A DNA stretch of 16,198 nucleotides from a bacterium. Lineage in GTDB: Bacteria; Arandabacterota; Arandabacteria; Arandabacterales; JALGWA01. Positions 1-7,948 of this stretch are shown here, one piece after another; the stretch's first letter is position 1; each line of letters opens with the position of its first letter. The position numbers were made by a program, and so were the translations under genes. The notes under the pieces are model-generated. The model had not been told where the DNA came from, made no database searches, and saw only the letters and a list, made by a program, of their open reading frames with translations. The stretch covers positions 1 to 16,198 of the forward strand of contig JASFEA010000073.1 in assembly GCA_050125095.1 (NCBI GenBank), written 5' to 3'.

Positions 1-63
1 AGGTCTGGAAGAGTGGTGGTGGTGCGGGAGGGCAGGGTGCCCATAGCTGGGAAGGCTGTATGA
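1..63 (+). CDS. 3' end of probable TsaC/Sua5 (YwlC-like) threonylcarbamoyl-AMP synthase, partial
   Basis: Frame 1 reads RSGRVVVVREGRVPIAGKAV*. VVREG resembles the 'ilReG' end of the YrdC/Sua5 domain. Its TGA overlaps the next ATG (ATGA, 60-63). Sua5-phosphatase-rpiB is a known neighbourhood. Only 20 codons are visible. Confidence 0.5.
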   Translation, partial: RSGRVVVVREGRVPIAGKAV

Positions 64-545
64 AAAAGAGGTACTATGTGCTCTTCGTCTGCTCGGGAAA
101 CACCTGCCGCAGTCCCCTGGCCGAGGCCCTTATGAAGAGCAAGATTATGGAGAAGCGAATCGGGAACGTCTCGGTGTCGTCGGCCGGGGTTTCGGCCGTG
201 CGAGGGCTGCGCGCCGCCGAGAACTCCAGGACTGTGGCGCGCGAGCTGGGCGCATCCCTCGCAGGCTTCCGTTCGAGCCCCGTCACCGCCAGAAGGGTCG
301 CCCTTGCGGACCTGATTCTAACGATGGAAGACAAGCACAGAAGCAGTATACTTGAACGGTGGCCCGGCGCCGACGGCAAGGTGCATGTCATAACCGAATT
401 CTCGGGAAGCGGGAGGCGCGGGATTTCAGATCCTGTCGGCGGGCCGCTCGACGCATACCGGGAATGCGGGCTGGCGCTTCAGGACGAGATCAATAAGATT
501 GTCCCCGGGCTCAAGAAGCTCATTTCAACCAGGGGGAAGAAGTGA
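60..545 (+). CDS. Low-molecular-weight protein phosphatase, probably a protein-arginine phosphatase (YwlE-like)
   Basis: P-loop VCSGNTCRS, SAG motif, ADLILTME and general-acid loop ISDPVGG. The Thr in GNTCRS is typical of the YwlE arginine-phosphatase subgroup. Confidence 0.9.
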   Translation: MKKRYYVLFVCSGNTCRSPLAEALMKSKIMEKRIGNVSVSSAGVSAVRGLRAAENSRTVARELGASLAGFRSSPVTARRVALADLILTMEDKHRSSILERWPGADGKVHVITEFSGSGRRGISDPVGGPLDAYRECGLALQDEINKIVPGLKKLISTRGKK

Positions 546-982
546 ACATAGCAATCGGCAGCGATCACGCGGGTCTGGATCTTAAGGACAAACTGAAGGA
601 GCACATCGAAAGCACGGGGGTCGAGGTCCGCGACTTCGGGGCCTCCGGACCCGAGTCGGTCGACTATCCGGATTACGCCTTTAAGGTCGGAGAAGCGGTG
701 GCGCGCGGCGAGTGTGAGTTCGGCGTTCTCGTATGCTCGACGGGAATCGGCATCGCCGTGGCGGCAAACAAGGTGAAAGGCATAAGAGCCGGGCTTGTCT
801 GCAACGTGGAGGGGGCGGTTCAGAGCCGTTCGCATGTGGACTGCAATGTACTGGTGTTCGGCCAGAGATTCTGCGATATCGAGATGGCGAAGGCGGCTTA
901 TGACGCTTTCATAAAAACCCCATTTGAAGGCGGGAGGCATGAGCGAAGAGTCGGGAAGATCAAAGACTATGAGAGCCGGTGA
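542..982 (+). CDS. rpiB: Ribose-5-phosphate isomerase B
   Basis: [31 protein letters not shown] and [10 protein letters not shown] motifs. The GTG start overlaps the upstream stop (GTGA). Confidence 0.95.
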   Translation: MNIAIGSDHAGLDLKDKLKEHIESTGVEVRDFGASGPESVDYPDYAFKVGEAVARGECEFGVLVCSTGIGIAVAANKVKGIRAGLVCNVEGAVQSRSHVDCNVLVFGQRFCDIEMAKAAYDAFIKTPFEGGRHERRVGKIKDYESR

Positions 983-1430
983 GACGGCTGAACGCCCCAG
1001 CTGGGATGAGTACTTCATATCGATAGCCAACAAAGTCGGGGAGAGATCGACATGTCTCAGGCGGCGCGTCGGGGCGATAGTGGTAAAGGACAGGAGGATT
1101 CTCTCAACAGGTTACAATGGAGCTCCATCCGGGTTCAAGCACTGCGGTGAAGTCGGCTGCCTGAGAGAAAAGCAAGAAGTCCCTGCGGGGGAGCGTCACG
1201 AGCTCTGCAGGGGAGTACATGCCGAACAAAACGCCATCGTCCAGGCCGCGGCTTTCGGTGTCAGCATACGGGATTCGACGCTTTACTGCACCCATTTCCC
1301 CTGCTCCCTGTGCGCCAAGCTCATAATCAACGCAGGCATAAGGCGCGTTGTGGTGGCGAGGGACTACCCCGACGACCTCTCTAAAAACCTTCTCAGAGAA
1401 GCTTTGATAGAGATACAGACCCTTCCATAA
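969..1430 (+). CDS. dCMP deaminase (ComEB-like, Zn-dependent)
   Basis: [30 protein letters not shown] and PCSLC motifs. The ATG at 969 is preferred over 924, which would overlap rpiB by 59 nt. Confidence 0.92.
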   Translation: MRAGETAERPSWDEYFISIANKVGERSTCLRRRVGAIVVKDRRILSTGYNGAPSGFKHCGEVGCLREKQEVPAGERHELCRGVHAEQNAIVQAAAFGVSIRDSTLYCTHFPCSLCAKLIINAGIRRVVVARDYPDDLSKNLLREALIEIQTLP

Positions 1431-1519
1431 TCCAGTTTTTTGCGGATTTTATGGTTTAGTTGCAAAAAACGCCCAAGAGCCCAGTAATCTACTGGATTCC
1501 CGGGATTTCAAAAAACCTC

Positions 1520-1549
1520 TTGACAACCCCAATATGTGGGGTGTAACTT
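1520..1549 (+). promoter_or_regulatory. Sigma70-type promoter for the nrdR-nrdD operon
   Basis: Perfect TTGACA (1520-1525), 18-nt spacer, TAACTT (1544-1549), with an A-tract just upstream, in an AT-rich intergenic region. Confidence 0.75.
1527..1542 (+). promoter_or_regulatory. NrdR box 1
   Basis: cccCAATATgTgGggt matches the NrdR consensus acaCwAtATaTwGtgt and lies in the -35/-10 spacer. Confidence 0.8.
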
Positions 1550-1557
1550 GTCTTCCA

Positions 1558-1573
1558 GCCCAATATATTGGAG
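1558..1573 (+). promoter_or_regulatory. NrdR box 2
   Basis: gccCAATATATTGgag has a perfect palindromic core. It starts 31 bp after box 1, the canonical tandem spacing, and lies next to or over the GGAG RBS of nrdR. Confidence 0.88.
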
Positions 1574-1581
1574 TAAAAAGT

Positions 1582-2070
1582 ATGAAATGTCCGTCCTGTG
1601 GCTTTGAAGAAGACAAAGTGGTGGATTCCCGCTCGATAAAGGAGGGAATGGTGACGAGAAGGCGCCGGGAGTGCATAAATTGCGGCCACAGGTACACCAC
1701 ATATGAGTATATCGAACCCGCGCAGCTGATGGTTATCAAGAGGGACGGCAACCGGGAGGAGTTCCAGAGGGAGAAGATCCTGAGGGGCATCATAAACGCC
1801 TGCGGCAAGCTCCCCATTCCGCGCGAGAGCATCGAAACTGCCACCGACAATGTCGTAAGCGAGCTCCGGTCGGAGTTCCGGAACGAGCTGCCCTCCAGCG
1901 AGATCGGCGAGAGGGTGATGATGCATCTTAAGGAGCTCGATGAAGTGGCGTATGTGAGATTCGCTTCCGTGTACAGGAAGTTCGAGGATATAACCGAATT
2001 CATGGACGAACTGCGGACGTTGGTGAAGGAGGCAAAGACAAACCGGGCAGTAAACACACCTGGAGGATGA
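1582..2070 (+). CDS. nrdR: Transcriptional repressor NrdR
   Basis: MKCPSCG...KVVDSR...RRRRECINCGHRYTTYE Zn ribbon, ATP cone (VIKRDGNREEF) and LDEVAYVRFASVYR. ATG at 1582 follows GGAG. Confidence 0.97.
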   Translation: MKCPSCGFEEDKVVDSRSIKEGMVTRRRRECINCGHRYTTYEYIEPAQLMVIKRDGNREEFQREKILRGIINACGKLPIPRESIETATDNVVSELRSEFRNELPSSEIGERVMMHLKELDEVAYVRFASVYRKFEDITEFMDELRTLVKEAKTNRAVNTPGG

Positions 2071-2074
2071 TAGG

Positions 2075-4567
2075 ATGGAGCCTACAACACCGGGGATCGA
2101 GGAGAATCAAGTTGAGTTATCAACTACCGACGATGGAATGCTCGACATTCACCGGGAAGTATCGAAAAGAATCTTCAGACATGTTCGCAAGCGCAACGGC
2201 CAGATCGACAAGTTCGATCGCGGCAAGATCGCGAATGCGATTTACAGGGCCAGCGATTTCGAGGAGGGTGACGGGAGGGCTTTAGCCGATCAACTGACTG
2301 ATGAAGTCGTGCTCGTCTTGTTTGCGAAACACGGCAGAGGTATCCCCGACGTAGAGAACATCCAGGATGTGGTCGAGGAAGTTCTCATCAAGAGAGGTCA
2401 CGCCAAAACCGCCAAGTCGTTCATCCTCTACCGGCATGAAAGAGCGAAGAGGAGAGGCGATCCCAAGAGCAGGCCCGAGCTCGAGGCCGAGAGGAAAGAC
2501 AGGTCCGCCGAACTCGATCCCACCGAGCTTGCGCTCTTCGTGAGAACTTCGGGTGACGAGATCATCCAGTGGGACAAGCAGAGAATCGTGAAGGCGATGG
2601 TCAGGGAGGCGGGCGTCCCCGAGGGAATCGCCAAGAGGATAAGCGAGGAAGTCGAGGAGACCGTGCTCAACTCGCCGGTCAAGGTCCTTACCGTTTCGCT
2701 CATTCGGGAGCTCGTAAACGCCAAGCTCATAGAGCACGGGCTCGAGGACGCGAGGAAGAAACACGCGAGGCTCGGCGTCCCGCTCTATGACGCCGAGAGA
2801 ATAATCACCTCCCCGAACCGCGAGAACGCCAACATACCTCATAACCCGGAGGCCACCAGCATGACGCTGGCCGAGTCCATTAACAAGCAGTACGGGCTGA
2901 TGCGGGTGTTCTCGGAGGACGTGGCCGACGCCCACTCCAGGGGGGACATTCACCTGCACGATCTCGGTTTCATCAACAGGCCGTACTGCTCGGGGCAGTC
3001 GCTCGAGTACGTCAAGAAATTCGGGCTCAGCCTGCCCAACGCGCTGTCGATAGCCAAGCCGGCCAAGTACCCGGAGACTCTGCTGGCTCATATGGTGAAA
3101 TTCTCGGCCGCGCTGCAGGGCCATTTCGCGGGGGCCATCGGATGGGACGCCGTCAATATCTTCTTCGCGCCTTTCCTGGTCGGCCTCAGCGATAGGGAGA
3201 TGAAGCAGATCGCCCAGATGCTGATATTCGAGTACTCCCAGCAGAGCGTGGCGAGAGGGGGGCAGGCGATATTCAGCGACATCAACATCTACTGGGAGAT
3301 CCCGAAGCATTTCGAAGATGTTCCGGCCATGGGGCCGGGCGGCGAACTGACGGGCAAGACCTACAGCCACTATCAGAAAGAGGCGCAGAGGCTGGCCTGG
3401 GCTCTCTTTGACGTCTATATGGAAGGCGACGGGACGGGGAGGCCGTTCTTCTTCCCGAAGCCTCTGGTGCACATCACCGAGAAGTTCTTCAGGACCCCGC
3501 GCCACGACGAGTTCCTGCATCACATAAGCGAGGTGGCGGCTGAAAAGGGCAACACCTATTTCGTGTTCGACCGGGGCGAGACGGCCAAGATCTCGGAGTG
3601 CTGCCGTCTGTCATTCAAGCTTGAGAAGGAGGACCTGGAAGACGCCAGGCACCCGTGGAGGATGAGGTACAGCGCGCTGCAGAACGTGACGCTCAACATG
3701 CCGCGTGCCGGAATCCTCGCGGCGGGCGACGAGGCCAGGCTGTTTCACATACTTGACCAGTTCCTCGAGCTCGCCGTGAAGGGCCATATACAGAAGAGGA
3801 ACTTCATCCAGTCGCTCCTCAACCTGGGGGAGAACGGGCCCCTGGCGCTGCTCAACATGGAGAAGGACGGGCTGCCGTACCTGCGAATGAAGAGGGCCAG
3901 TTATCTCATCGGGCTCCTGGGTCTCAACGAGCTCGTACAGGCGCATACCGGAATGGAGCTGCACGAGAGCGATGAGGCTTTCAAGCTGGGGCTCAAGGTC
4001 GTCGCCCATATCAATATCAAGGCGAAGCAGCTCTCCAAGAAATACGGCATGAAGTTCGTTCTCGAGCAGACGCCCGCCGAGAGCACGGCGTTCCGTCTGG
4101 CCCGGCTCGACATGGACCGCTACGGCACGCGCGCCGAGCGTCTGATGAAGGGTGACCTGGAGAACAAACGCACCTACTATACCAACTCGACCTTTATGAA
4201 CGTCTCCGAACCCATCAATGCGATAGACAGGGTGAAGAAGGAAGGCAAGTTCCATGACCTCATCGAGGCCGGAGCGATCTCTCATGTGTGGCTCGCCGAC
4301 TCGCGGCCCTCGGGGGACTCGATTGCCAATTTCGTCATCAAGACGTTCAGGCAGACCCGCAACGCGCAGATAGCGTTCTCACCTGAGTTCACAAGCTGCA
4401 ACGCCTGCGGTAAGGTCGCCCGGGGCCTCAGCAAGACATGCCCGACCTGCGGCTCAACCAATGTGGACGGTATTACCCGGGTCACCGGTTATTTCTCGAA
4501 GATCTCGGGCTGGAATGAAGGCAAGAAGGCGGAACTGGCCGATAGACATAGGAGTTTTGAGCTGTGA
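2075..4567 (+). CDS. nrdD: Class III (anaerobic) ribonucleoside-triphosphate reductase, redoxin-dependent type, with two N-terminal ATP cones
   Basis: GDIHLHDL, RPYC, ISECCRL finger loop, QTPAEST, YYTNS, CNAC...CPTC Zn site and glycyl-radical motif RVTGYF. GGAGGA RBS at 2062-2067. Confidence 0.96.
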   Translation: MEPTTPGIEENQVELSTTDDGMLDIHREVSKRIFRHVRKRNGQIDKFDRGKIANAIYRASDFEEGDGRALADQLTDEVVLVLFAKHGRGIPDVENIQDVVEEVLIKRGHAKTAKSFILYRHERAKRRGDPKSRPELEAERKDRSAELDPTELALFVRTSGDEIIQWDKQRIVKAMVREAGVPEGIAKRISEEVEETVLNSPVKVLTVSLIRELVNAKLIEHGLEDARKKHARLGVPLYDAERIITSPNRENANIPHNPEATSMTLAESINKQYGLMRVFSEDVADAHSRGDIHLHDLGFINRPYCSGQSLEYVKKFGLSLPNALSIAKPAKYPETLLAHMVKFSAALQGHFAGAIGWDAVNIFFAPFLVGLSDREMKQIAQMLIFEYSQQSVARGGQAIFSDINIYWEIPKHFEDVPAMGPGGELTGKTYSHYQKEAQRLAWALFDVYMEGDGTGRPFFFPKPLVHITEKFFRTPRHDEFLHHISEVAAEKGNTYFVFDRGETAKISECCRLSFKLEKEDLEDARHPWRMRYSALQNVTLNMPRAGILAAGDEARLFHILDQFLELAVKGHIQKRNFIQSLLNLGENGPLALLNMEKDGLPYLRMKRASYLIGLLGLNELVQAHTGMELHESDEAFKLGLKVVAHINIKAKQLSKKYGMKFVLEQTPAESTAFRLARLDMDRYGTRAERLMKGDLENKRTYYTNSTFMNVSEPINAIDRVKKEGKFHDLIEAGAISHVWLADSRPSGDSIANFVIKTFRQTRNAQIAFSPEFTSCNACGKVARGLSKTCPTCGSTNVDGITRVTGYFSKISGWNEGKKAELADRHRSFEL

Positions 4568-4845
4568 GAGTAAGCGTATTCGGAAGGCGGGAATGCGACG
4601 CCTGCAAGGCGGCTGTCGAGAAGATCGAGTACTTCACCAGGAAGTGGAAGCGCGAGGACGTTAACATCGAGTATGTCGATATGGACACCCCGGACGGCCT
4701 TGCGGAGGGAGCCTACAGGGACGTCTATGATATACCCACCGTAATTCTGGAAAAGGGCGGTGACGAGGTCGTCAGATGGGTAAAGACCGTGCCCGTTTCC
4801 AGGGAGTTCAGGAAGTACTTCTTCGAAGATCCGGCGAATGAGTAA
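4564..4845 (+). CDS. Thioredoxin/glutaredoxin-like redoxin (NrdH-like)
   Basis: 93 aa. An N-terminal beta strand is followed by CDAC, and YDIPTVIL fits the cis-Pro motif. It overlaps both the nrdD stop (GTGA) and the nrdG start. Confidence 0.85.
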   Translation: MRVSVFGRRECDACKAAVEKIEYFTRKWKREDVNIEYVDMDTPDGLAEGAYRDVYDIPTVILEKGGDEVVRWVKTVPVSREFRKYFFEDPANE

Positions 4846-5563
4846 ACCGGCGATCAAGGGCTTCGTCGAAACATCTTTCTGCGACTGGGACGGGGAGATC
4901 TCTTCCGTCATATTCCTGCCCGGATGCAACTTCAGATGCCCCTTCTGCCAGAACGGCGCCCTGGTGACCGCGCCCGGGGAGTTGCCGACGATGGACTTCG
5001 ACCTAATCGCAGCCTACCTCAAATCGAAGAGCGACTGGATAGACGGCGTCGTGATTACCGGAGGCGAGCCCACCATATGGGACGGTCTTGCGGAGCTCGC
5101 GCGCGAGATCAAGAGCATGGGCTTCGGCATAAAGCTCGACACGAACGGGACCAATCCGGACATGGTGGAAGCGCTGATGGGAGAGGGACTCGTGGACTAT
5201 GTCGCCATGGACATCAAGTCGGCCCTCGACGAGCGCTATAACCGGGCGGCCGGGGCCAGCGTCGACCTGGAGGCGATAGGTCGGTCCATAGACATCCTCA
5301 TGTCGGCGGGCGACTCCTGCGAGTTCAGAACCACCCTCGTTCCGGGCATAGTGGGGGAGGAGGAAATCGACTCCATAGCCAGGTCCATAAAGGGGGCGAG
5401 GAAGTACGTTTTGCAGCGTTTCGTGCCGGACAATTCCCTTGACATGCCACTCAGGCAGGCGTTACCCTACCAGGACACTTTTATCGCTCAACTTGTTGAG
5501 AGAGCAAGCGTTTACGTGGCCGAGTGTTTCTACAGGGGTAGAACGGGTGCCGGGCTCTCCTGA
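4838..5563 (+). CDS. nrdG: Anaerobic RNR activating enzyme (radical SAM)
   Basis: GCNFRCPFCQN, GVVITGGEPT, KLDTNG, DYVAMDIK and EFRTT motifs, located in the nrdD operon. Confidence 0.93.
   Translation: MSKPAIKGFVETSFCDWDGEISSVIFLPGCNFRCPFCQNGALVTAPGELPTMDFDLIAAYLKSKSDWIDGVVITGGEPTIWDGLAELAREIKSMGFGIKLDTNGTNPDMVEALMGEGLVDYVAMDIKSALDERYNRAAGASVDLEAIGRSIDILMSAGDSCEFRTTLVPGIVGEEEIDSIARSIKGARKYVLQRFVPDNSLDMPLRQALPYQDTFIAQLVERASVYVAECFYRGRTGAGLS
5439..5468 (+). promoter_or_regulatory. Candidate internal sigma70 promoter in the 3' end of nrdG, upstream of rnfC
   Basis: TTGACA (5439-5444), 18-nt spacer, TACCCT (5463-5468). Same geometry as the nrdR promoter, about 110 nt before rnfC. Confidence 0.45.
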
Positions 5564-5574
5564 CGGGAGTTTGA

Positions 5575-6906
5575 TTGGTGGCTACATCTTTTAAGGGTGG
5601 CGTTCACCCCGAAGAGGCAAAAGACCAGACGTCCGGCATTCCCATATCGGATATCGTGCCGCCCGACATCGTCGTCATACCGCTTTCCCAGCACACAGGA
5701 GCGCCGTCGAGGCCCGTGGTGGAAGCAGGTGACGAGGTCAGGATCGGCACCAAGATAGGCGAGGCCGACGGATTCATATCCGTTCCCGTTCATTCGTCCG
5801 TATCCGGCAAAGTTATCGGTATCGAGTCGCGACCGCACCCTCTGGGCAGGCGGATGCCGGCCGTGGTCATCGAGAACGACGGCAGGGACGAATGGGTCGA
5901 CCTTTCCGGACATAAGGACCTCACAGAGGAGTCTCCCCAGAAGATCCGCGAGGCGGTCCGGGAAGCCGGTCTCGTGGGGCTCGGGGGCGCGGCGTTCCCG
6001 ACCCATGTGAAGATCTCCCCACCCGATGGCAAGCCGATTGACACGGCTATATTGAACGGGGCCGAATGCGAGCCCGTCCTCACGAGCGACCACAGGGTCA
6101 TGCTTGAATATGCCGGCGAAGTGATTCAGGGGCTCAAGATCATAATGAGGGTCGTGGGCGCGGAGCGCGGCTTCATAGGGATCGAGCGCAATAAGCCCGA
6201 CGCCATAAGGCTCATGAGCGAGATGGTGGCCGGAGAAGACGGCATAGAGGTGGTGGCCCTCAAGGTCAAGTACCCCCAGGGCGCCGAAAAGCAGCTCATC
6301 AAGGCCCTCACGGGCCGGGAGGTGCCGTGCGGCGGACTCCCCATGGACGTGGGATGCCTTGTCCAGAACGTGGGAACGAGCCTGGGCATATACGAGGCCG
6401 CGCGCTACGGCAGGCCGCTGGTCTCCAGGGTGGTCACGCTGGCCGGTTCGGTTGTAAAGACGCCCGGCAATTACAGGGTCAGGATAGGCACTCAATTCGG
6501 GCATGTCGTCTCGTCCTCGGGCGGCACCACGGGCCCGCTTGCCAAGATGATAATGGGCGGGCCGATGATGGGCATCGCCCAGGCCGACGGGGACGCGCCC
6601 GTCGTCAAGGGCACATCGGGGCTGATTCTTCTCGCCGAGGACGAGGTCACCGAACCCGACCCGTCCGCATGCATAAGATGCGGCCGCTGCGTGGATCACT
6701 GCCCTATGAATCTCGTTCCCAACGAGATAGTGAGGTTCGTGGAAAAGGGCAAACTGGAGCGGGCGGAGCAGTACGGCATAATGGACTGCATGGAATGCGG
6801 TGTCTGCGCTTACATATGCCCGTCCAAGATCGGCCATGTCCAGCTCATGAAGCTGGGGAAGGCCGCGCTCTGGGCCGCGAAGAGAAAGGCGGAACAAGAG
6901 GCGTAA
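5575..6906 (+). CDS. rnfC: Rnf electron transport complex subunit C
   Basis: FKGGVHP, GLVGLGGAAFPTHVK, NGAECEP, KYPQGAEKQLI, GGPMMG and two [4Fe-4S] motifs (CIRCGRCVDHCP, CMECGVCAYICP). Start is TTG 5575 or GTG 5578, after GGGAG. Confidence 0.96.
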   Translation: MVATSFKGGVHPEEAKDQTSGIPISDIVPPDIVVIPLSQHTGAPSRPVVEAGDEVRIGTKIGEADGFISVPVHSSVSGKVIGIESRPHPLGRRMPAVVIENDGRDEWVDLSGHKDLTEESPQKIREAVREAGLVGLGGAAFPTHVKISPPDGKPIDTAILNGAECEPVLTSDHRVMLEYAGEVIQGLKIIMRVVGAERGFIGIERNKPDAIRLMSEMVAGEDGIEVVALKVKYPQGAEKQLIKALTGREVPCGGLPMDVGCLVQNVGTSLGIYEAARYGRPLVSRVVTLAGSVVKTPGNYRVRIGTQFGHVVSSSGGTTGPLAKMIMGGPMMGIAQADGDAPVVKGTSGLILLAEDEVTEPDPSACIRCGRCVDHCPMNLVPNEIVRFVEKGKLERAEQYGIMDCMECGVCAYICPSKIGHVQLMKLGKAALWAAKRKAEQEA

Positions 6907-6910
6907 GCAG

Positions 6911-7948
6911 ATGGAAGGCAAACTGGTAATATCTCCGGCCCCGCACCTGAGGGACCGCATGGACGTAAAGGGCGTTATGTACGCCGTTGTGCTGGCCATG
7001 ATCCCGGCATGTGTGGGCGCGGTCTATTTCTTCGGCCTCCGCGCGCTGTTCATCATCGTCTTCGCAAGCGCGGCCGCCATACTCACCGAGTTCGCCCTGC
7101 AGAAGGCGACAGGCAGAAAAGTCACGGTAGCCGACGGCAGCGCCCTCATCACCGGCATGCTTCTAGCCTTCAACGTGCCGCCCGGTGTCCCCTACTGGTT
7201 GCCCGTTGCGGGTTCGGTGTTCGCCATCGCCATCGCCAAAATACCTTTCGGTGGTCTTGGTTACAATCCCTTGAACCCCGCGCTGGTTGGCCGCGCCTTC
7301 CTTGTGGCGTCCTGGCCCGTTTACATGACGGCGGCCTGGGTCCCCCCCGCAAGGGGCACGCTCTCGGGCATTAACGCCATCACCGAGGCCACGCCGCTGG
7401 GAGTGTACAGGATATCCAACCTTATCCTCGCCGACAAGGCTGCCGGCCCCGACCAGATCGCCAGCGCAACGTCCTATCTCAGCGAGCTCTATTCAACCGC
7501 CTCGCTCAAGAACCTCTTCTTCGGGAATGTCGGAGGCTGCGTGGGCGAGACATCTGCGCTTCTCCTCTTGGTGGGCGCAGCTTATCTTATGATAAGGGGG
7601 ATCATAAACTGGAGAATACCAGGTGCATATATAGGCACGGTTGCCCTGCTGATGTGGGTGCTGGGAGGGCAGACCCTCTTCACGGGCAACGTTCTCTTCC
7701 AGGTGCTTTCGGGCGGCCTCATACTGGGCGCGTTTTTCATGGCGACAGACATGGTGACTTCGCCGGTCACCCCGAGGGGACAGATCATCTTCGGGGTTGG
7801 ATGCGGGTTGCTCACGAGTATAATAAGATTGAAGGGGGGATATCCGGAAGGGGTCTCGTACTCGATTCTGATAATGAACATAACGGTCCCGCTGATTGAC
7901 CGGTTCACGAGACCCAGGAAATTCGGAGAGGAGAGGGCGAAGAAATGA
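6911..7948 (+). CDS. rnfD: Rnf subunit D
   Basis: SPAPH, DGSALITG, FGGLGYNPLNPALVGR, FMN-site-like TEATPL, GCVGETS, AFFMATD and GGYPEGV motifs. Confidence 0.96.
   Translation: MEGKLVISPAPHLRDRMDVKGVMYAVVLAMIPACVGAVYFFGLRALFIIVFASAAAILTEFALQKATGRKVTVADGSALITGMLLAFNVPPGVPYWLPVAGSVFAIAIAKIPFGGLGYNPLNPALVGRAFLVASWPVYMTAAWVPPARGTLSGINAITEATPLGVYRISNLILADKAAGPDQIASATSYLSELYSTASLKNLFFGNVGGCVGETSALLLLVGAAYLMIRGIINWRIPGAYIGTVALLMWVLGGQTLFTGNVLFQVLSGGLILGAFFMATDMVTSPVTPRGQIIFGVGCGLLTSIIRLKGGYPEGVSYSILIMNITVPLIDRFTRPRKFGEERAKK

Noticed and set aside
1534-1581. Upstream ORF-finder start for nrdR (likewise 924 for the deaminase and 11847 for tatC)
   Set aside because: The extensions run through the promoter and operators or through upstream genes. 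Family N-termini fit starts at 1582, 969 and 11955/11979.
2075-4567. Intein or intron in nrdD
   Set aside because: The frame is continuous, the extra length is explained by two ATP cones, and no splice-junction or homing-endonuclease motifs are visible.
2282-6999. Long minus-strand ORFs (2282-3523, 3611-4285, 4489-4929, 5530-6999)
   Set aside because: These are antisense shadows of well-supported GC-rich genes, with no motifs of their own.
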